From Zygnema circumcarinatum SAG 698-1b (lineage: Eukaryota > Plantae > Zygnematophyceae): 64,000 nucleotides of DNA. Below are positions 25,949 to 43,844 of the stretch, one piece after another. A program made the translations under genes and the position numbers. The stretch lies in NCBI GenBank assembly GCA_037447605.1, contig CM074819.1, positions 1,076,297 through 1,140,296 of the forward strand, written 5' to 3'. Numbering within the stretch: position 1 is the first letter of the stretch; every line of letters begins with the position of its first letter. Under the pieces are notes generated by a model. That model saw nothing but the letters and a program-made list of their open reading frames with translations. It had not been told where the DNA came from and ran no database searches.

Positions 25949-28684
25949 TCACGCTGCCTTCCAGACCGTATGGACCTTCTGTCCAATTTTGCACTCAATT
26001 TTGCGAACAGGAGAGCGCCAAATGGCGGCACTAGGTGGCCCTGATTTGGAAATACTGTGCTCTGCCGCCCCAATTTCTCTCCTCGCCACCATGACAGCGG
26101 CTCTTGCATTGAGCTCTTCACAAATTCGACTTATCTCCGCGGAGACGTCACCCAAAGCCCATGCGATGGAAACGTGAGGTCGCGGATTCTGGAAAATGTC
26201 CAATCGTAAACACTTAGCTGATGAAGCGGCAAAGCGATGAAGTACAGAGGAGAGAGGGAGAGAGGAGAGGGGAGGGAATTGTCTGGCACGATAAAGAAGG
26301 CAGCACAACAAGGAGCAACTCTCAGCATGGGTTGGAATGAACGACCTCCGCCTACACCCGGAAGGGATTTCCTACGAAAACGAAACCTGTGAAAGAAATG
26401 GGGTGTTGCTAGAAGCCTTTCTATTGCTTTACATAAGCAACATGATTGAGTGTGCAAACTACACAAACATGATTGTTTAGAAGTACAATGTGATCAAGGA
26501 TGACTCCTGTCAAACATACATTTCTGAGTTGCCTTTTTCCTGCTTTGCTTTGTTGATGGACTAAAAGGTTATGTAGTGAGGTCGGGGTGACAACAACAGG
26601 GTTAAGGGGAGGGCATATTGAGGGAACATGTAGGAGGGATAAGGTCATCGAATGAGGAGAGCAGAAAGTGGACGAAGAGGGGAAAAGATAGACTACATGA
26701 TAGAATGAAGGAAGGCCGTGGAGGGAAAAGGCTCCGTCAACAATGGCAATTAAGTTCGACAACTGTTCCCATGTCCACGGTCACGTAAAAATACACTGTT
26801 AATGCCTATCTTAAAAGTCACTTTTGATAAATAAAGATGGTCATGGTACCCAAACAGACAAAAGGAAAGCAAATATAAGATATAGACTTGGTATTTGACG
26901 AAGGATGATGGAACTGCAACATCTCCCTTGGGAATGTATATTCTCCAACTTGATGGGTTGCTGGCAAAAACTAGAAAGGAGAAACTTGGCCCTCCTAAGT
27001 ACATCCTTAAAACCCTTCAAACCTTCAACATCTTGTACAAGTGCAGTATACAATCTGGTAAGCAAACTTACTTCCATGAGTCCGGTGGAGAACACTTCAA
27101 GCGCCAAAAAAGATCGAGTTCTATCATCATTTGTAAAGGGCTGCCAAACTCCAAACTCCACGTCAAACCTGCTCCCACATACAACAAGAAAGAAAGCTCG
27201 TCAAATGCAAGGGGAAAGGCAGCCAGCTGCACCCCTAGCAGAGGATATGGAAGCAGCTCTCTGCATTCAAATAACCTGTGGAAGTAATGCGCACTTAGAC
27301 CATTTATTGGAGGCCAATTGCAAACAGAACGACAAGAAATACCATTGACAACATAATCTAAAAAGCTGCTACTATCCTGTCAGAACAGCTATAGACAGTT
27401 GTCTGGATAGCAATTGCTGCCGAAACAACGCATCCGTACACAACTGACAATGCAAAAGCATATCGAGCCTACCCTTTCCGATGCCGCAATTTGTGCCGTA
27501 AATTTTCTGTCAGCGACTCAATCTGCTGAAATCTTATGGCTGCAGGTCGCGAGAGGCTAATGTGATACTCTGAGGCAACTGCACGTGATAAACCTGCATT
27601 TCGTTCTGGTTTGCCGAGAAAACAGTTCAAGGACGAAGAAGTTTCGCCACTATCCTCCATGGAATACAAGGCTGGGAAAGCCCTGCATGCTTCTGAGAGA
27701 GAAGTCGACAAATAGGCCCGTGTGGAGGGTCCAATTGCAACTGCAAATTAAAATCATTAAAATCACTGTTTTAGCTTCATGAAAAATAACATGAAAAGCT
27801 TGAAGAGCGAAAAAATAAAATTGTTCGAAAACACAAATCAAGACCATGAAGAACCCGAGAATTGAAGCATTCCTGCACGCCTGCCAATCACTTTTCCTAT
27901 GCTCGATAAGAAGCTATTCTTGTTCAAGGTTTGGCAGCCCACCTCCATGCAGGTACGCAATAAACTACCTGGCACGTATATGTGAACTGCAAAATTTCCT
28001 TCTACATGCGGAAAGCTTCGTATCCTTCCTTGATGCGGTGCACCCGTCTTGTCCTCTGACCGAACAGCAAAATCAAACGCATTTTGTTAGTGATTAAAAT
28101 TAGTCATTACATCTTAGATGCTCATCAGATTAATGCATGTATGGTCTAGAAAGACTTCCATAGTTAAAATAAGGATAGCCTGAAGTCTGATCCTTACCAG
28201 GAACGACGCCAAAAAGTTCAGAGGGCGATGGTAGTGCCGCTGACGCCTTCACAACACAAGTTCCAGACAGAAAATTCTGTATCCTTTCAATACTCCCGCA
28301 AGCTGCCCTGCCTTCTTCTTTCCTGCCATCCATTGCTTCCTTCCTGCATGCACTCCCAAAGTCTGCTCCGCCATGGATTATACCCTCTCTCTCCGAAATA
28401 CGTCCTGCCTGCAATTTTTCTCCCTTGACGGAAGCAGGCGTTGATTCTGCACGTAAAGGAGAAGCTCCGGCAGCAAAAGCAGGCTCCCTGAGCGTTGCAT
28501 TTGCAGCAGGATTTGAAAGCTCAAACGAAACCCGACGAATTTTAAGGTCTTTTTCCGCAGGGAGGGAGGAATGCGCCTCTTCCTCTCTCCCGCGCTTCGG
28601 CAGTGGACCTTCCTCCTCCCCCTCGTCCTCGTCCTCGTCCTCGTCTTCCTCAGCTCCGCCATAGACTGCTCTCAGCGCATCCAT
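25949..28684 (-). CDS. USB1: U6 snRNA phosphodiesterase (2H phosphoesterase), multi-exon
   Basis: MDALRAVYG start; GRIRSFPHVEGNFAVHIYV; two HxS motifs (EYHISLSR, RPHVSIAW); FTNDDRTRSFLALEV; C-terminus IECKIGQKVHTVWKAA*. Confidence 0.93.
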
Positions 28685-28995
28685 GGCGGGAGGCTGCGGA
28701 CTCGGGGGCCGTGCGCAACTTGCGAACAACAGGAGAACAATATATCCAATGGAAGTGCGCCACGTGTTTATTTACTACACGTGGCGGCTATCCATTGGAG
28801 GAGGCAGGTGAGAGAAGTGCCCGTAGTGGCCTTGCCCCGTACTCGTAAAACCGAACAGGTTGAGAAAAAGAGAAATTAAAGACTCGAAAAAAAAGAGGCG
28901 GATTAACTCCGCGTGCATTGCCTATGGGGTGCAGGTAAAACCTGAATTGCAAACACGAGATTGTTCTCATGGACAGTGTGATCGTTGTGTTTGTT

Positions 28996-29235
28996 GGGTT
29001 CCCCATGATGGTTTTGTGCATGTGCATTTGATGGCATCATCGCCATCGTGAGATCAATGCCACATCCATTTCCCGTTGTGTTAGTGTTTCGGTCCTCGTT
29101 GGCAGGTTTTGGTGATGGATGGGGCATTGGTCTCATGAGGCCGATGATGCATGCCTTCAAATGTGCATGCACAAAACCATGATTGGGAACCACGAGGAAC
29201 TGCTCACAAAGGACCTAAGCACGAAGGAAAAAGCG
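28996..29235. mobile_element. Foldback/MITE-like hairpin element in the USB1/DAPF divergent intergenic region
   Basis: Arms of ~75 bp (~28997-29069 and ~29114-29191) are reverse complements with few mismatches and one short indel. Related single arms lie at ~860-1110 and ~61820-61930. Confidence 0.7.
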
Positions 29236-29320
29236 AGGGAGCTGCAAGATACGCCTCAGCGCTTCCCCGCTTCTGTTCCGAGTGAGAGAGCCCCTGTCCG
29301 GCCACGCAGAGAGGACGGCC

Positions 29321-33808
<4,488 letters not shown>

Positions 33809-34909
33809 AGCCCCAAAGAAGGGCGAGAGTGCCATGCAACAATAAATGAGAGTGGGCACCCGGCATTGTATGCTCTCACTCAAATGTTGGATGAAGTCCT
33901 ATTGGCTTTTTTTCTCTCCTATATGTTCACTTTCCTTTTGATATCAAAGGTGAACTTGCACGCTGCAAGCTAAAAATGCTATTGCAAGAGGAAAAGTACT
34001 TAACTCACCGGTTACTTGTTCTTGGCTGCCAATATCAGCCGGCTTGTCATGACTATACTTAAATTTCTCACCAGTTCAGCGAGTCGTTGAAATGTTACAA
34101 AAAAACAATAATCGATAAGAGTGTAGGATCTTTCAGACCTTTACTAGTTCAGTTGATCATCTGAAACATGCTTTGTAACAAGATGCTCATTAATGACGCA
34201 TCCATGCACACTTGAATGCAAGTTAATTATGCCATAACGTCAGCAAGCTAGCCATGAGGCTCGGGCTATGCAGCGATGGCAGCACCCCCTTTCAAATCGA
34301 ACACAGCAGTTAGAATTTCGGGAGCTTTCAAGGCTCTATAAAGTAGAGGGCGAAAGGGCTGGACCAACTTGTTTTGTTTCCACTGCTTGTATATGTAAAC
34401 CAGTAAGGCAACTCAACCCATCTGCTTGAGGTATTCACCTACAAACGTAGTTTCCGAAGGAAATACGTCCTCCAATGTGTTCTGCAGACAGGATCTCATA
34501 AATGAATGCAGCATTAAGTCAGCGAGGTGGGGTACCAATTTGCTCACACATGGCGAGTAAAAGGCGATAGAGCAGCCTACTTGCAGAGAGCAGAGCATGT
34601 TGTCCACACGGTGGAGGCCGCACAAGAAAGGATTCTTTATTTTTTACACGATAGGCACACTCTATTTAATGCTTTCATCATCACATTCACAAATGCAATC
34701 AGCCACAACATAAAAATCCAAATACAGCTGACTACCAGTGACAGTCACGGAACGAAAAAGTTGTTCCTCAAATAATTGGAGGGGGAAAAATCGGTCACTT
34801 CTGCATTGAATAACGGAATGTGACCGCATGTAACACTTCACATGAGCCTCCCCTCTTCACCATGCTGCCTGAAAACATCCCCGTATCCGGCCGGCCCTCC
34901 CTTAGACCT

Positions 34910-37900
34910 TCACTTCTTCCTTCCTTGCTTTTCTTCAATGCCAGACTTGGTGAACCGCGCACGCAGCTTTTGCGTCACATCTTCAAACTTCACATCCTGT
35001 AAGCAGTCCTCGCACGGTCCAACCCATGGGCATGTGTCACCTCAATTGCTCAATCAGTTGAGAGCGACGCGGGAGGAAGGTGGCGGAGGGAGAAGGAGAG
35101 AGAGGCAGAGAGGAGGAGAGAGAGAGAGAGATATGGAAAGAAGAGGGAAAGGCAAAAGCAGTTGCATGCAGGGAGGACTGTACCTGAACTGCAAGGAGCA
35201 CAAGTGCATGGTAGAGCACATCCGCCATCTCAGAGGCAGTGCGTTCCTTCCCTTCATCCCGCTCAAGAGTTTGGCAGAGCTCGTTGGCTTCTTCCCTGCA
35301 TACCTCAAAGTCATACATTTATTCGATCACGTCAGTAATGGTTAACCATTCTAATCTTCGCAGATGCATCCGTGACTCAGCCATGAAACAGCTTCATTTA
35401 CATCGCAAGGAACTGGACGATACTTCATCAAGTTCCGACAGGCTTGAAATCGGAATGTTCAGTCTTCAGTAGTCCAATTCCCAAGGCTTTGGCGAAAGAC
35501 ATAGACCCTTCCAACAGAGGAAAAACAAACAAACTGCAAACTTACTGCATGAGAAAGGCCATTTGTAACTCACAGACATACTTACATGGCCCTTGAATCA
35601 TGCATTCTTGATGCAATTACACTTGTTTTCTCCCCTCTCATCCGGCAGACTTCTCACCTGATTTTGGCACAGAGAAGGTTTGGGCTGTCCAATAGCTTTC
35701 TAGTCCACGAGGGTTTCCCTGCAGAGGGCAGTTCTCCGCTTGCTTCTGCAACGGCTTCTGCCTGCCTTTGGGCAATAGTTGCTTCAAGCAAGTAGAGAGT
35801 ACTTAATGCTGCGGCAGAGTGGGCCTGTCACATGCAACATAGAAGTCAAGATTTTCAGTTTTCTCTCACAAACACGCTTTTTCTTGCAGAGCCATGCGTG
35901 AATGAAGCCATTTGTAGTGGGCTGTGATGCAGTTCAGGACATAACGGGCTTCTACCAAATGAAATGTCTCAACTATTGCGTTAGACAAGCTCAATCTGCA
36001 AATGAAAGAGACTTTCCCCCACTCCCTTGAGACTTCTGATGAAGCTCCGTCATATTCCCGTTCTCTCTCGCTTACAGCCATAGCCTTATCTGCTCCAAAG
36101 ATGAAGCAAAATCGCATTCATGTAGATTACCACCTAAGAATATCTTACCTCTGAAACGGGCTGCTCTCCCGGGTACTCATCTACTCGTGTGTAATAGCAT
36201 GTCTCTGCTCCTGTGTGGCAGGTGGGTCCATCCGGAAGGCCCATGTATATGATCTGTTGCCGCATCAACGGTTCTACAGAAAGTCAAGAATAGTAAAACA
36301 TCGGAAAATAGTGCCAACGAGAATTACTTTGACAATGCAGAAAGTAAACTTATACCTCCTCAAGATGTTTCTTGCGTAAAGTCCACACTCAAATTTTGGA
36401 CTTCACAACCTCTCTTTTCTCCTCACTGATCGTGAACACAGCACCGGAGGTGTAGGGGGGCTTCCTTTAGAGCTTTAGTTAGAGTTTACATGAGATGCAT
36501 CACTACAGAAGTGCTTCTACGTAAGACAAAGTGCTGGAATTGAGAGAGTTTGGAGTGGAGTGAAGTTGACAACAGCAGCAACACCCTGTCTGGTGAGGAT
36601 TCCAACATGTTTCCCATATTAGAAAGCTTAATCTTAAAAAGTATTGCTACATCTCTGATCGAAACGAACTATTGTGCTTGTGTCGAGTGTGATACCTCAT
36701 CGTGATTCACATTCAACCCCATGGGCATATCTTTCCACATCATTAAAGGTCCAGAGTTGATGATTTCAATGCCATTTTACTACGTACCTTTTCCTTTCCT
36801 GACTGGACTATTTCAAAACATAAACTGCAGCAAGAATGAGACACGCACGGAGTCTTTATCGCAGTCGAGATAAACGTCCACAACATTGATGAAGTTTTCT
36901 GAGGTCTCTCCTTTTGTCCACAAGGACCTGCCAGCTACGTCACAAGGAATGCCCAAACAGAATGACAGACAGCATGAATAACTGCAACGACAAGGCTTTA
37001 CAGTCTTTATAATACCCATCATCCATATCTTATTCACACATGCAGAGCCCCCAAAACACCTCCCTCCTCACTCACCCACTGATTTATGTAACAAGTGTGC
37101 ATATACAGAGGGATTTCTATGTGAGTAGAGTCAGTAAATGCCAGTGGAACCCGTGTAGTTTGAAAGAAAAAAAAAATTAACAAATGCACCAACGCAGCCC
37201 CATCTCCTACATCACTCACAGTCTCGAATTTACTCCCGCCTTCTATATTGTCCCGATCCAATCAAATGCATCATGTAAAGTAGTCAACCACTACTTAAAT
37301 ACAGTTTATACAGCCCCACTTTCTTTACATTGGGCATAAAACAACCCGTTTATGTTCTGCTTCTTAGACATTTTCTCTCCTCCAAAAACATAGACTATGT
37401 TCCCCACATTCTTTCCTTACTTTTTCCCTTCCAGGTATATGCAGGGTTTGAAAGCGGTGGTGAGGCCTCACTTTCGGGAGCGACTGTAAAAAGTTGCCCG
37501 GCGAGATGCGAGCGTTGCAGAAACCGCGGCGCGATCGGCGAAGCCTTGCATGAGGACAGCGCCCGTGCCCGCGTGCTGAGCGATCGCGACTACCAACCCA
37601 TTGGCGTCCCATTTCATGCTGTCTAAAAGGGCCTCCACCTGCCAAGATAAGCACAAGAAGCACTCATCTTGCGGCGTTAGTTTCATTGGCGTAGCACAAG
37701 CTGACTGCTGGTAGCTCCATGAGCTCCACATTAATCTCTCGCCTATGGTTAGGTTTCTCTTGATGCTTTTCTGAGGGGAAAGGGGTAATCTTGAGGAAGA
37801 AAGTCTAATTTTTTAGAACTGGTAATGAACTGACTACAAATGCAAAAACTGGCTGGCATTGCGCAGAAGAAAGTAAAACATAATGGTGTACAGCTCATAT

Positions 37901-38312
37901 GCACGAGGAAATGTTTCAAGCTCTCAAACAAGTCAAAAAACCCCGGCAATCACTGAAATGCCTAAACCTAGAAAATGCCTGAAACAATGCACGCCACATC
38001 CCTTCGTCCATCGATATAGAAAGAGAAAATGGAGTCGACCTTTGGAGTGTAGACAGGCGAAGCTCTCCCTGGAGCGCTGTCCGGCGGCGCAGATGCTGAC
38101 ACGTGTCCCACCCTCTCTTCGGAGATGCCCACCGAGAGCGACAGCTGGCACTTGGCCTGCCGCCATGGCTTCGTCTTCCGCCGCTCCCTCCAGCCAACAC
38201 CTCCGCCGCAGTCCTCCTCCAGAAGCCGCCATGAACTGCGCTGAGGCTCCGGCGCGTCCTGTCCCGGCAGGGCCTGCAGGCGCCATGGCGCCCTGGAGCT
38301 CAGCGCAGCCAT
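34910..38312 (-). CDS. HISN2: Bifunctional phosphoribosyl-AMP cyclohydrolase / phosphoribosyl-ATP pyrophosphatase (HisIE), plastid-targeted, ~7 exons
   Basis: [92 protein letters not shown]. Confidence 0.95.
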
Positions 38313-38817
38313 GGATCCCCTCCTCCCTCTTGAGGGCGCTCCGCCTTCGGGAGGGGGCCCAGGGCTTGGGAGCTGGGAACAGGCCGTACTGTACGAAAAA
38401 TATCGCTATATCACACGATACAATACGTAACAGAACGATACGGTACGATATGTGTACAGTTTTTTCAACGGTCGACGGGTGTCAAAGTACACGTGGCGTC
38501 TCCAGGTCAACGCTGACTCGCCACGTGGCAAAGCGGAACAGAATTCTCCACCGTTGGATTTGCAACTGCGAGATTTCTGCGTTGTCGGTAGACTCGCCAC
38601 GTGTCAGAACGTCGATTTTTGACCGTCGAAATGGCACTTGTACGATTTTAGGGCATTGTCAGCAGATTCGCCAAGTGGCTGCGGATAGCTGTTACATGCC
38701 GCAGTTCTGTGCGGCGCTGACGTAACAGCGGCGCATGGACTGCCACGTGGCAGTATCGCAGGGAACGGCCCCCACCTCTCCCTCCTTCCTCCTTCCCTCC
38801 TCACCCTCCCCTGCTCG

Positions 38818-38987
38818 GTTTTTAGGGTTGTAAGATTTCAGGGTTCTAGGGTCGTACAGTTTTAGGGTTTTAGGGTTTCAGGGTTTTAGGGTCTTAGTGT
38901 TTAGGGTTTTAAAGTTTGAGGGTTGCAGGGTTTACGCTTTTAGGGTTTCAGGGTTTACGCTTTTTGGGTTTTAGGGTTTAGGGTGTT
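38818..38987. repeat. Degenerate interstitial telomere-like (TTTTAGGG/TTTAGGG)n tract; shorter tract at ~45950-46010
   Basis: TTTTAGGG, TTTCAGGG and TTTAGGG variants repeat in tandem. Confidence 0.75.
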
Positions 38988-39417
38988 AGCAGGCCGGGCG
39001 CAAAACGGAACTGTGCGGCTCACATGGAACCGCAGTCCAACTGTTCGCATGCGAAGAAATTGAGCCCAATTTTGACCGTGAGGGGGTCGAAAGCTTGCAA
39101 CGGGTTCGCACTTTTGTAATTATTTATGAGTATAGCTGGACGTAAAAGCACAACTAAAACGTGCTTCCTTCAAACCAAAGTTTGTATCGATTCCAGTCTG
39201 AGAGTATGGATTTCGAGTAGGAGACGCCAAATTGACAGAGGGAAGCTTGGTGACTTTATCAATTGGGCAGGTGGCGGCCCGCCATTGGTCGTTGGGGCGG
39301 TTGGCAGCAGACTTCTAAGCTTAAGCATTTGTCACTAGTGACTCGAAACGAGTACCAGACTCCAATTACTATGAGTGTCAAATTTGATCAGGTATGACTA
39401 GGAAAACTATTCACTAT

Positions 39418-39831
39418 TAGGGCGTGTCAGACTCAACAAAATGCTGCGAATACCGAGTTTTTCGCAGTACTAAAACAGGGACTGAAGTCTCCTCCAACAA
39501 TTTGCAGTACCGCGTTGAGGAGAACATATGAAATAGAATATCGACACCTGCAACAAGAGTAATAAAATTCATGGCGTTCCTGAACCTAAACCGAACCGAC
39601 CAAAATCAACTGTGCTAAGTCAACGGGCAAATGTTGCAAAGATTGACCCGCCCGGTGTACTGACAAGGGCGCTTCTTCGCACGATCTTGTTCGCACCCAA
39701 AAGAGGCCAAAAAGGGCGAATGACTGCGAACAAACTACGCGAGGGACTGCTCGGTTTACTGAAGTTGACTCAGAATGTTACGAATATCGAATTTTTAGTA
39801 TCACGAGAATTTTTGAAGTCTGACATCGTTA
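39418..39831. mobile_element. Longer, degraded member of the MITE family at 2430-2565
   Basis: TAGGGCGTGTCAGACTC at the left end, AAGTCTGACATCGTTA at the right end. The first ~60 bp resemble 2430-2490. Flanks TTCACTAT and TTCATGAG match only partly. Confidence 0.45.
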
Positions 39832-39961
39832 TTCATGAGCGTAACAAAAGATTGAACACGTGAGCTTTTGGATGCCTTGGATTAGGGCAAACGCCCTATT
39901 GAAATGGAGACGACCTTCGGACGATGATGATGCATGACATGCTTCCAAATTCCCTTTCAGT

Positions 39962-42900
39962 TCACATGGGTTTGGTGACGCTAAGGAAGAAGTTGGCATT
40001 GGAGAAGTCCTCCAAGAGGGGGTTGTATCCGCTGCGCGTCTCCGTCTGCTTCGAGTCCACATAGCGCTCCATGAACTCGCGCGTGCCCACCTGAAGGGTT
40101 GAGAGAGAGAGTCGATGTAGAGAGAGAGGGGGAGAGAGAGAGGGGGGAGGGGGGGAAGAAAGGGAGGAGAGAGAGGGGGCGAGAGAGGGAGACGGGAAGA
40201 GGAGGAGGAGGGGAAGAGAGAGGGCAAGAGAGAGACAGGAGGAAAGAGAGAGAGAGAGAAGGGGGGGAGAAGAGAGGAGAGAGAGTGGGCGAGAGAGGGA
40301 GAGAGGAAGAGGGGGAGGGAGAGGGCAAGAGAGAGAGACAGGAGGAAAGAGAGAGAGAGAGAAGGGGGGGAGAAGAGAGGAGAGAGAGTGGGCGAGAGAG
40401 GGAGAGAGGAAGAGGGGGAGGGAGAGGGCAAGAGAGAGAGACAGGAGGAAAGAGAGAGAGAAAGGAGGGGGGGAGAAGAGAGGAGAGAGGGGGGGCGAAA
40501 GAGGGAGAGAGGAAGTGAAGGGGAGAAGGGGGGAGACAGAGAGAGGGCAAGAGAGACAGGAGGGGAGAGAGCGAGAGGGAGAGAGAGGAGGGGAGATTGA
40601 AGAGAGGTGGGGCAGAGATGCGCAGAGGGTGGAAGGTGAGCCCGAGAGAGAGAAAGGGGGGAGAGGTGGGGAGGGGGAAAGAGAGAGACTTGGCAATGGC
40701 AGATAGAACACAGAAGACCCACTTCAAACCATGAAAAGTTCAAGTCTTCAGGAGCATGCAAAGAAATGAACCCAAGAAGCTTCCGAGAATATTCCTCACT
40801 ACAAGCATATCTATGGTTGTCTAAACTCCCCTGCAAGCACGAAAGTTAGGAAGCACAGTAGAGGCTCAGAAGTAGGTCTTCGAAATTGATGGTTTTCTTA
40901 TGGTCAATAGGTTTCATCATTTAGGGTTTGAGAGAAAGGTTTGAAGAGGGCTCACCACTGCAGAAAATCGATGCCTTCTCTGCATCTCCCTCTCCCTCTC
41001 CTTCTCCCTCGCCCTCTCTCTCTCCCTCTCCCTCTGAGAGCAGAGGCGGTCAAGGGTTTGAAGAAGCGAAAAATTTGTAGGGAAAAAGATATCAGCAGAG
41101 CCCTGGAAAAAAAAAAAGGGCACCCGAAAGGGAATGGCAACGTTTCAGGACAATCTTTTCTCTCGCTCCTCCCCACCCACCCTCCCTCGCTCTCTCCCTC
41201 CCCCCTCTCTCTCGATCTCTCTCTCACTCTCGCTCTCTTGCTCTCTCTCTCTCCCTTGCTCTCGCTCTCTACCTCTGTCTCACACACACCTTGGGAACTA
41301 AATAAGTCGTGTGGTCGGTTGTAACTCCATTCTCCTGCACACAATCCTCAAAAAAATAAATGAATAAAATAAATAAATAAAGGGCAAAGCAAAAAACTTA
41401 AACCAGAGGCCGCACACTCCCTCTCTTCCCCCTCCCTTTTTTCCAAACAAAACAAAATCTTTAAATCGGCCATAAAGCATTTTGCTCATTTCAGTCGAAT
41501 TCAATGAAATTTAATCTCACCTTGGAAGCAACTAAAGGCGCCCCTTGACCTAAAATTTTGACATCGGGCAGCGAACTAAAATCTGCAATTATAAGATTTG
41601 CGTTCGGCCTAACTGCATAGAGAGTCTCAAGGAGAGCCTGCAGATTCCAAAAAATCAACCAAATAATTAAAAAAAAAAACATAACGGTTTTTTTATCAAT
41701 CAAATTTGTCAGGTCTTGTTCCAAAACGGCAAAAAAAAAAAAAACGACTTAATCCTTTAACTTTCAGCATCATGCATTTAGAAATAAATAAATAAAAAAT
41801 AACAAAGTACAAAACGAAAAGCAAAGCATTAGACAGGTTCTGTACCATGCAGCCAGTGGGAATCCATGCCACGTGTCGTCTCCCCATTCGCCGGTGCAGC
41901 CAACTCAAGGGACCGTTCCAAACACTTGGCATATTTCCGCTGACGTGGCGCCCGTCGCTGCCAGATGGCAACATCCCATTGGCCGCGAGGCAGCGCTGGA
42001 TGAGAGCGTCATTCAAAGGGCGGAGCGCTTCAGTTAAATTCACCTGAGCCGCCCTGCCCCCCCATAATGACGTCACTATGGCTGGGGGGAGCAATTAAAG
42101 AGTAGAAATTACTTAGCTTGTAGGGTAATTATAGCGTAAATTGCGATGATTTAAGATTAATTTAATTTAATTCATTTTAAGGCGTCTTTTAGGGTGATGT
42201 AGATTTACTTAGTTCTTAAGCGAGTTTAGGATTTTTCAGGGTCTGTTTAAGAGTCCCTTTTGGTGGTTTTAGGGTCCCTTAGGGTCCTTTAGGGCTTTCT
42301 TTAGGGTTAGATTTGAATGTACACAACATTGGGAAGTGCAGTTCTTACGGACTGTATGGTCCTACTTTGCTGCTAAGGGAGTCTCCCACAGCGGGAGAGC
42401 CCTCCTCCACCCACGTCTCCCTCCAAGGGGAGGAGGGGCTCTCCCTCTCCACTCTATCGTGAGGCAAGTTATCGAGCACCTGCACAGACCTCAGCAAGAG
42501 AACGTGATTATAAATTGGTAAAAAGTTCGTTCAAAATTGGTTGGAAATTGGCTAGAAATTGGCTCGAAATTGGTTAGAAATTGGTTAGAAATTGGTTAAA
42601 AATTGGTTGGAAGTTGGATAATTGTTCGTTAAAAGGACTTCAGGAAAACGATGCTCTGTGGATTATCACAACAGTTTCAAGCTCATCTCTCCTCCTACCT
42701 CCTCTTTTCTTCCTCTTCTTCTATCCCTATCTCCCTCACCCTCCCAGTCCTGCACCTCTCACTCACAACTACCCGCCTTCCTCATGCCACACTCCCTACC
42801 ATTCCTCTAACTTTTCCCTGCCCGACCTCTCCCTCACCTCTCCATCCATCCTCCCTCCCCTTCCTCCCACCCCCTCCCTTCCTCGTCATCCCCCTCTCTC

Positions 42901-43789
42901 TCTCCTCCAACCCCCTCCCTCCCCCGTCCTCATTCCTCTCCCTCCCTATCCCACTCTCCCCCTCCCTCCTTACCTCTCCCCCTCTCACCTCCCCCCTTTT
43001 CCCCTTCCCACGTTTCCCTCCCCTTCCCACGTTCCCCTCCCCCTCCCTCCCTCCCGCCCCCCCCCCCTCCCGCCCCCCCGCCCTCCCTTCCCCTCCCTTC
43101 CCTCTCCACCTCCGTCCCCCTTTTCCCCTTCCCCTTCCCCGTTCCCCTCCCCTCCCTCCCTCCCCCCTCCCTCCCCCTTTTCCCCTTCCCCTTCCCCGTT
43201 CCCCTCCCCTCCTCCTCCCCCTCCCTCCCCCTTTTCCCCTTCCCCTTCCCCGTTCCCCTCCCCTCCCTCCCCCCTCCCTCCTCCCTCCCCCCTCCCTCCT
43301 CCCTCCCTCTTTTCCCCGTTCCCCTCCCCCTCCTCCTCCCCCTCCCCCCTCCCCCTCCGCCCTTCCCCTCCTCTCCGTTCATTTTCTGATGTGGAAGAAG
43401 CACGATTGGGGAATAGAAAGAGCAGATTTTGAGCTCACTTCCAACATGATCACAAAGCAGGGCTCCTTGCTGGGCTCCGCTGTAAAACGCAACAGAAAAA
43501 TCCGTTAAAAAGAAAATCCCAATAGCAAAGGTCAGCTGAAAAAGGAAAAAAGAACTCAAAGAAACAAAAAAATGAGAGGATTAAAAACTTTTGATTTTCT
43601 CGATTATCCTGTAACTGCCAGTTTAATAATTTTGAGAGTTTAGATTCCTTCAGATCTCACCCCATGCTGCATGGTCTGCCCCACTGTGCCTTCGTACTGT
43701 GAACCGTTCCATGTGTTCAGTTACCGTTGCTACTCGTGCCAGCTGGCAGTCTGCAAGAGTTGTACTGATCTCGACTGACCTGATCTGAC

Positions 43790-43844
<55 letters not shown>

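Noticed and set aside
37883-38725. 280-aa plus-strand ORF
   Set aside because: Antisense to GC-rich HISN2 exon 1 and its promoter; no recognisable domain.
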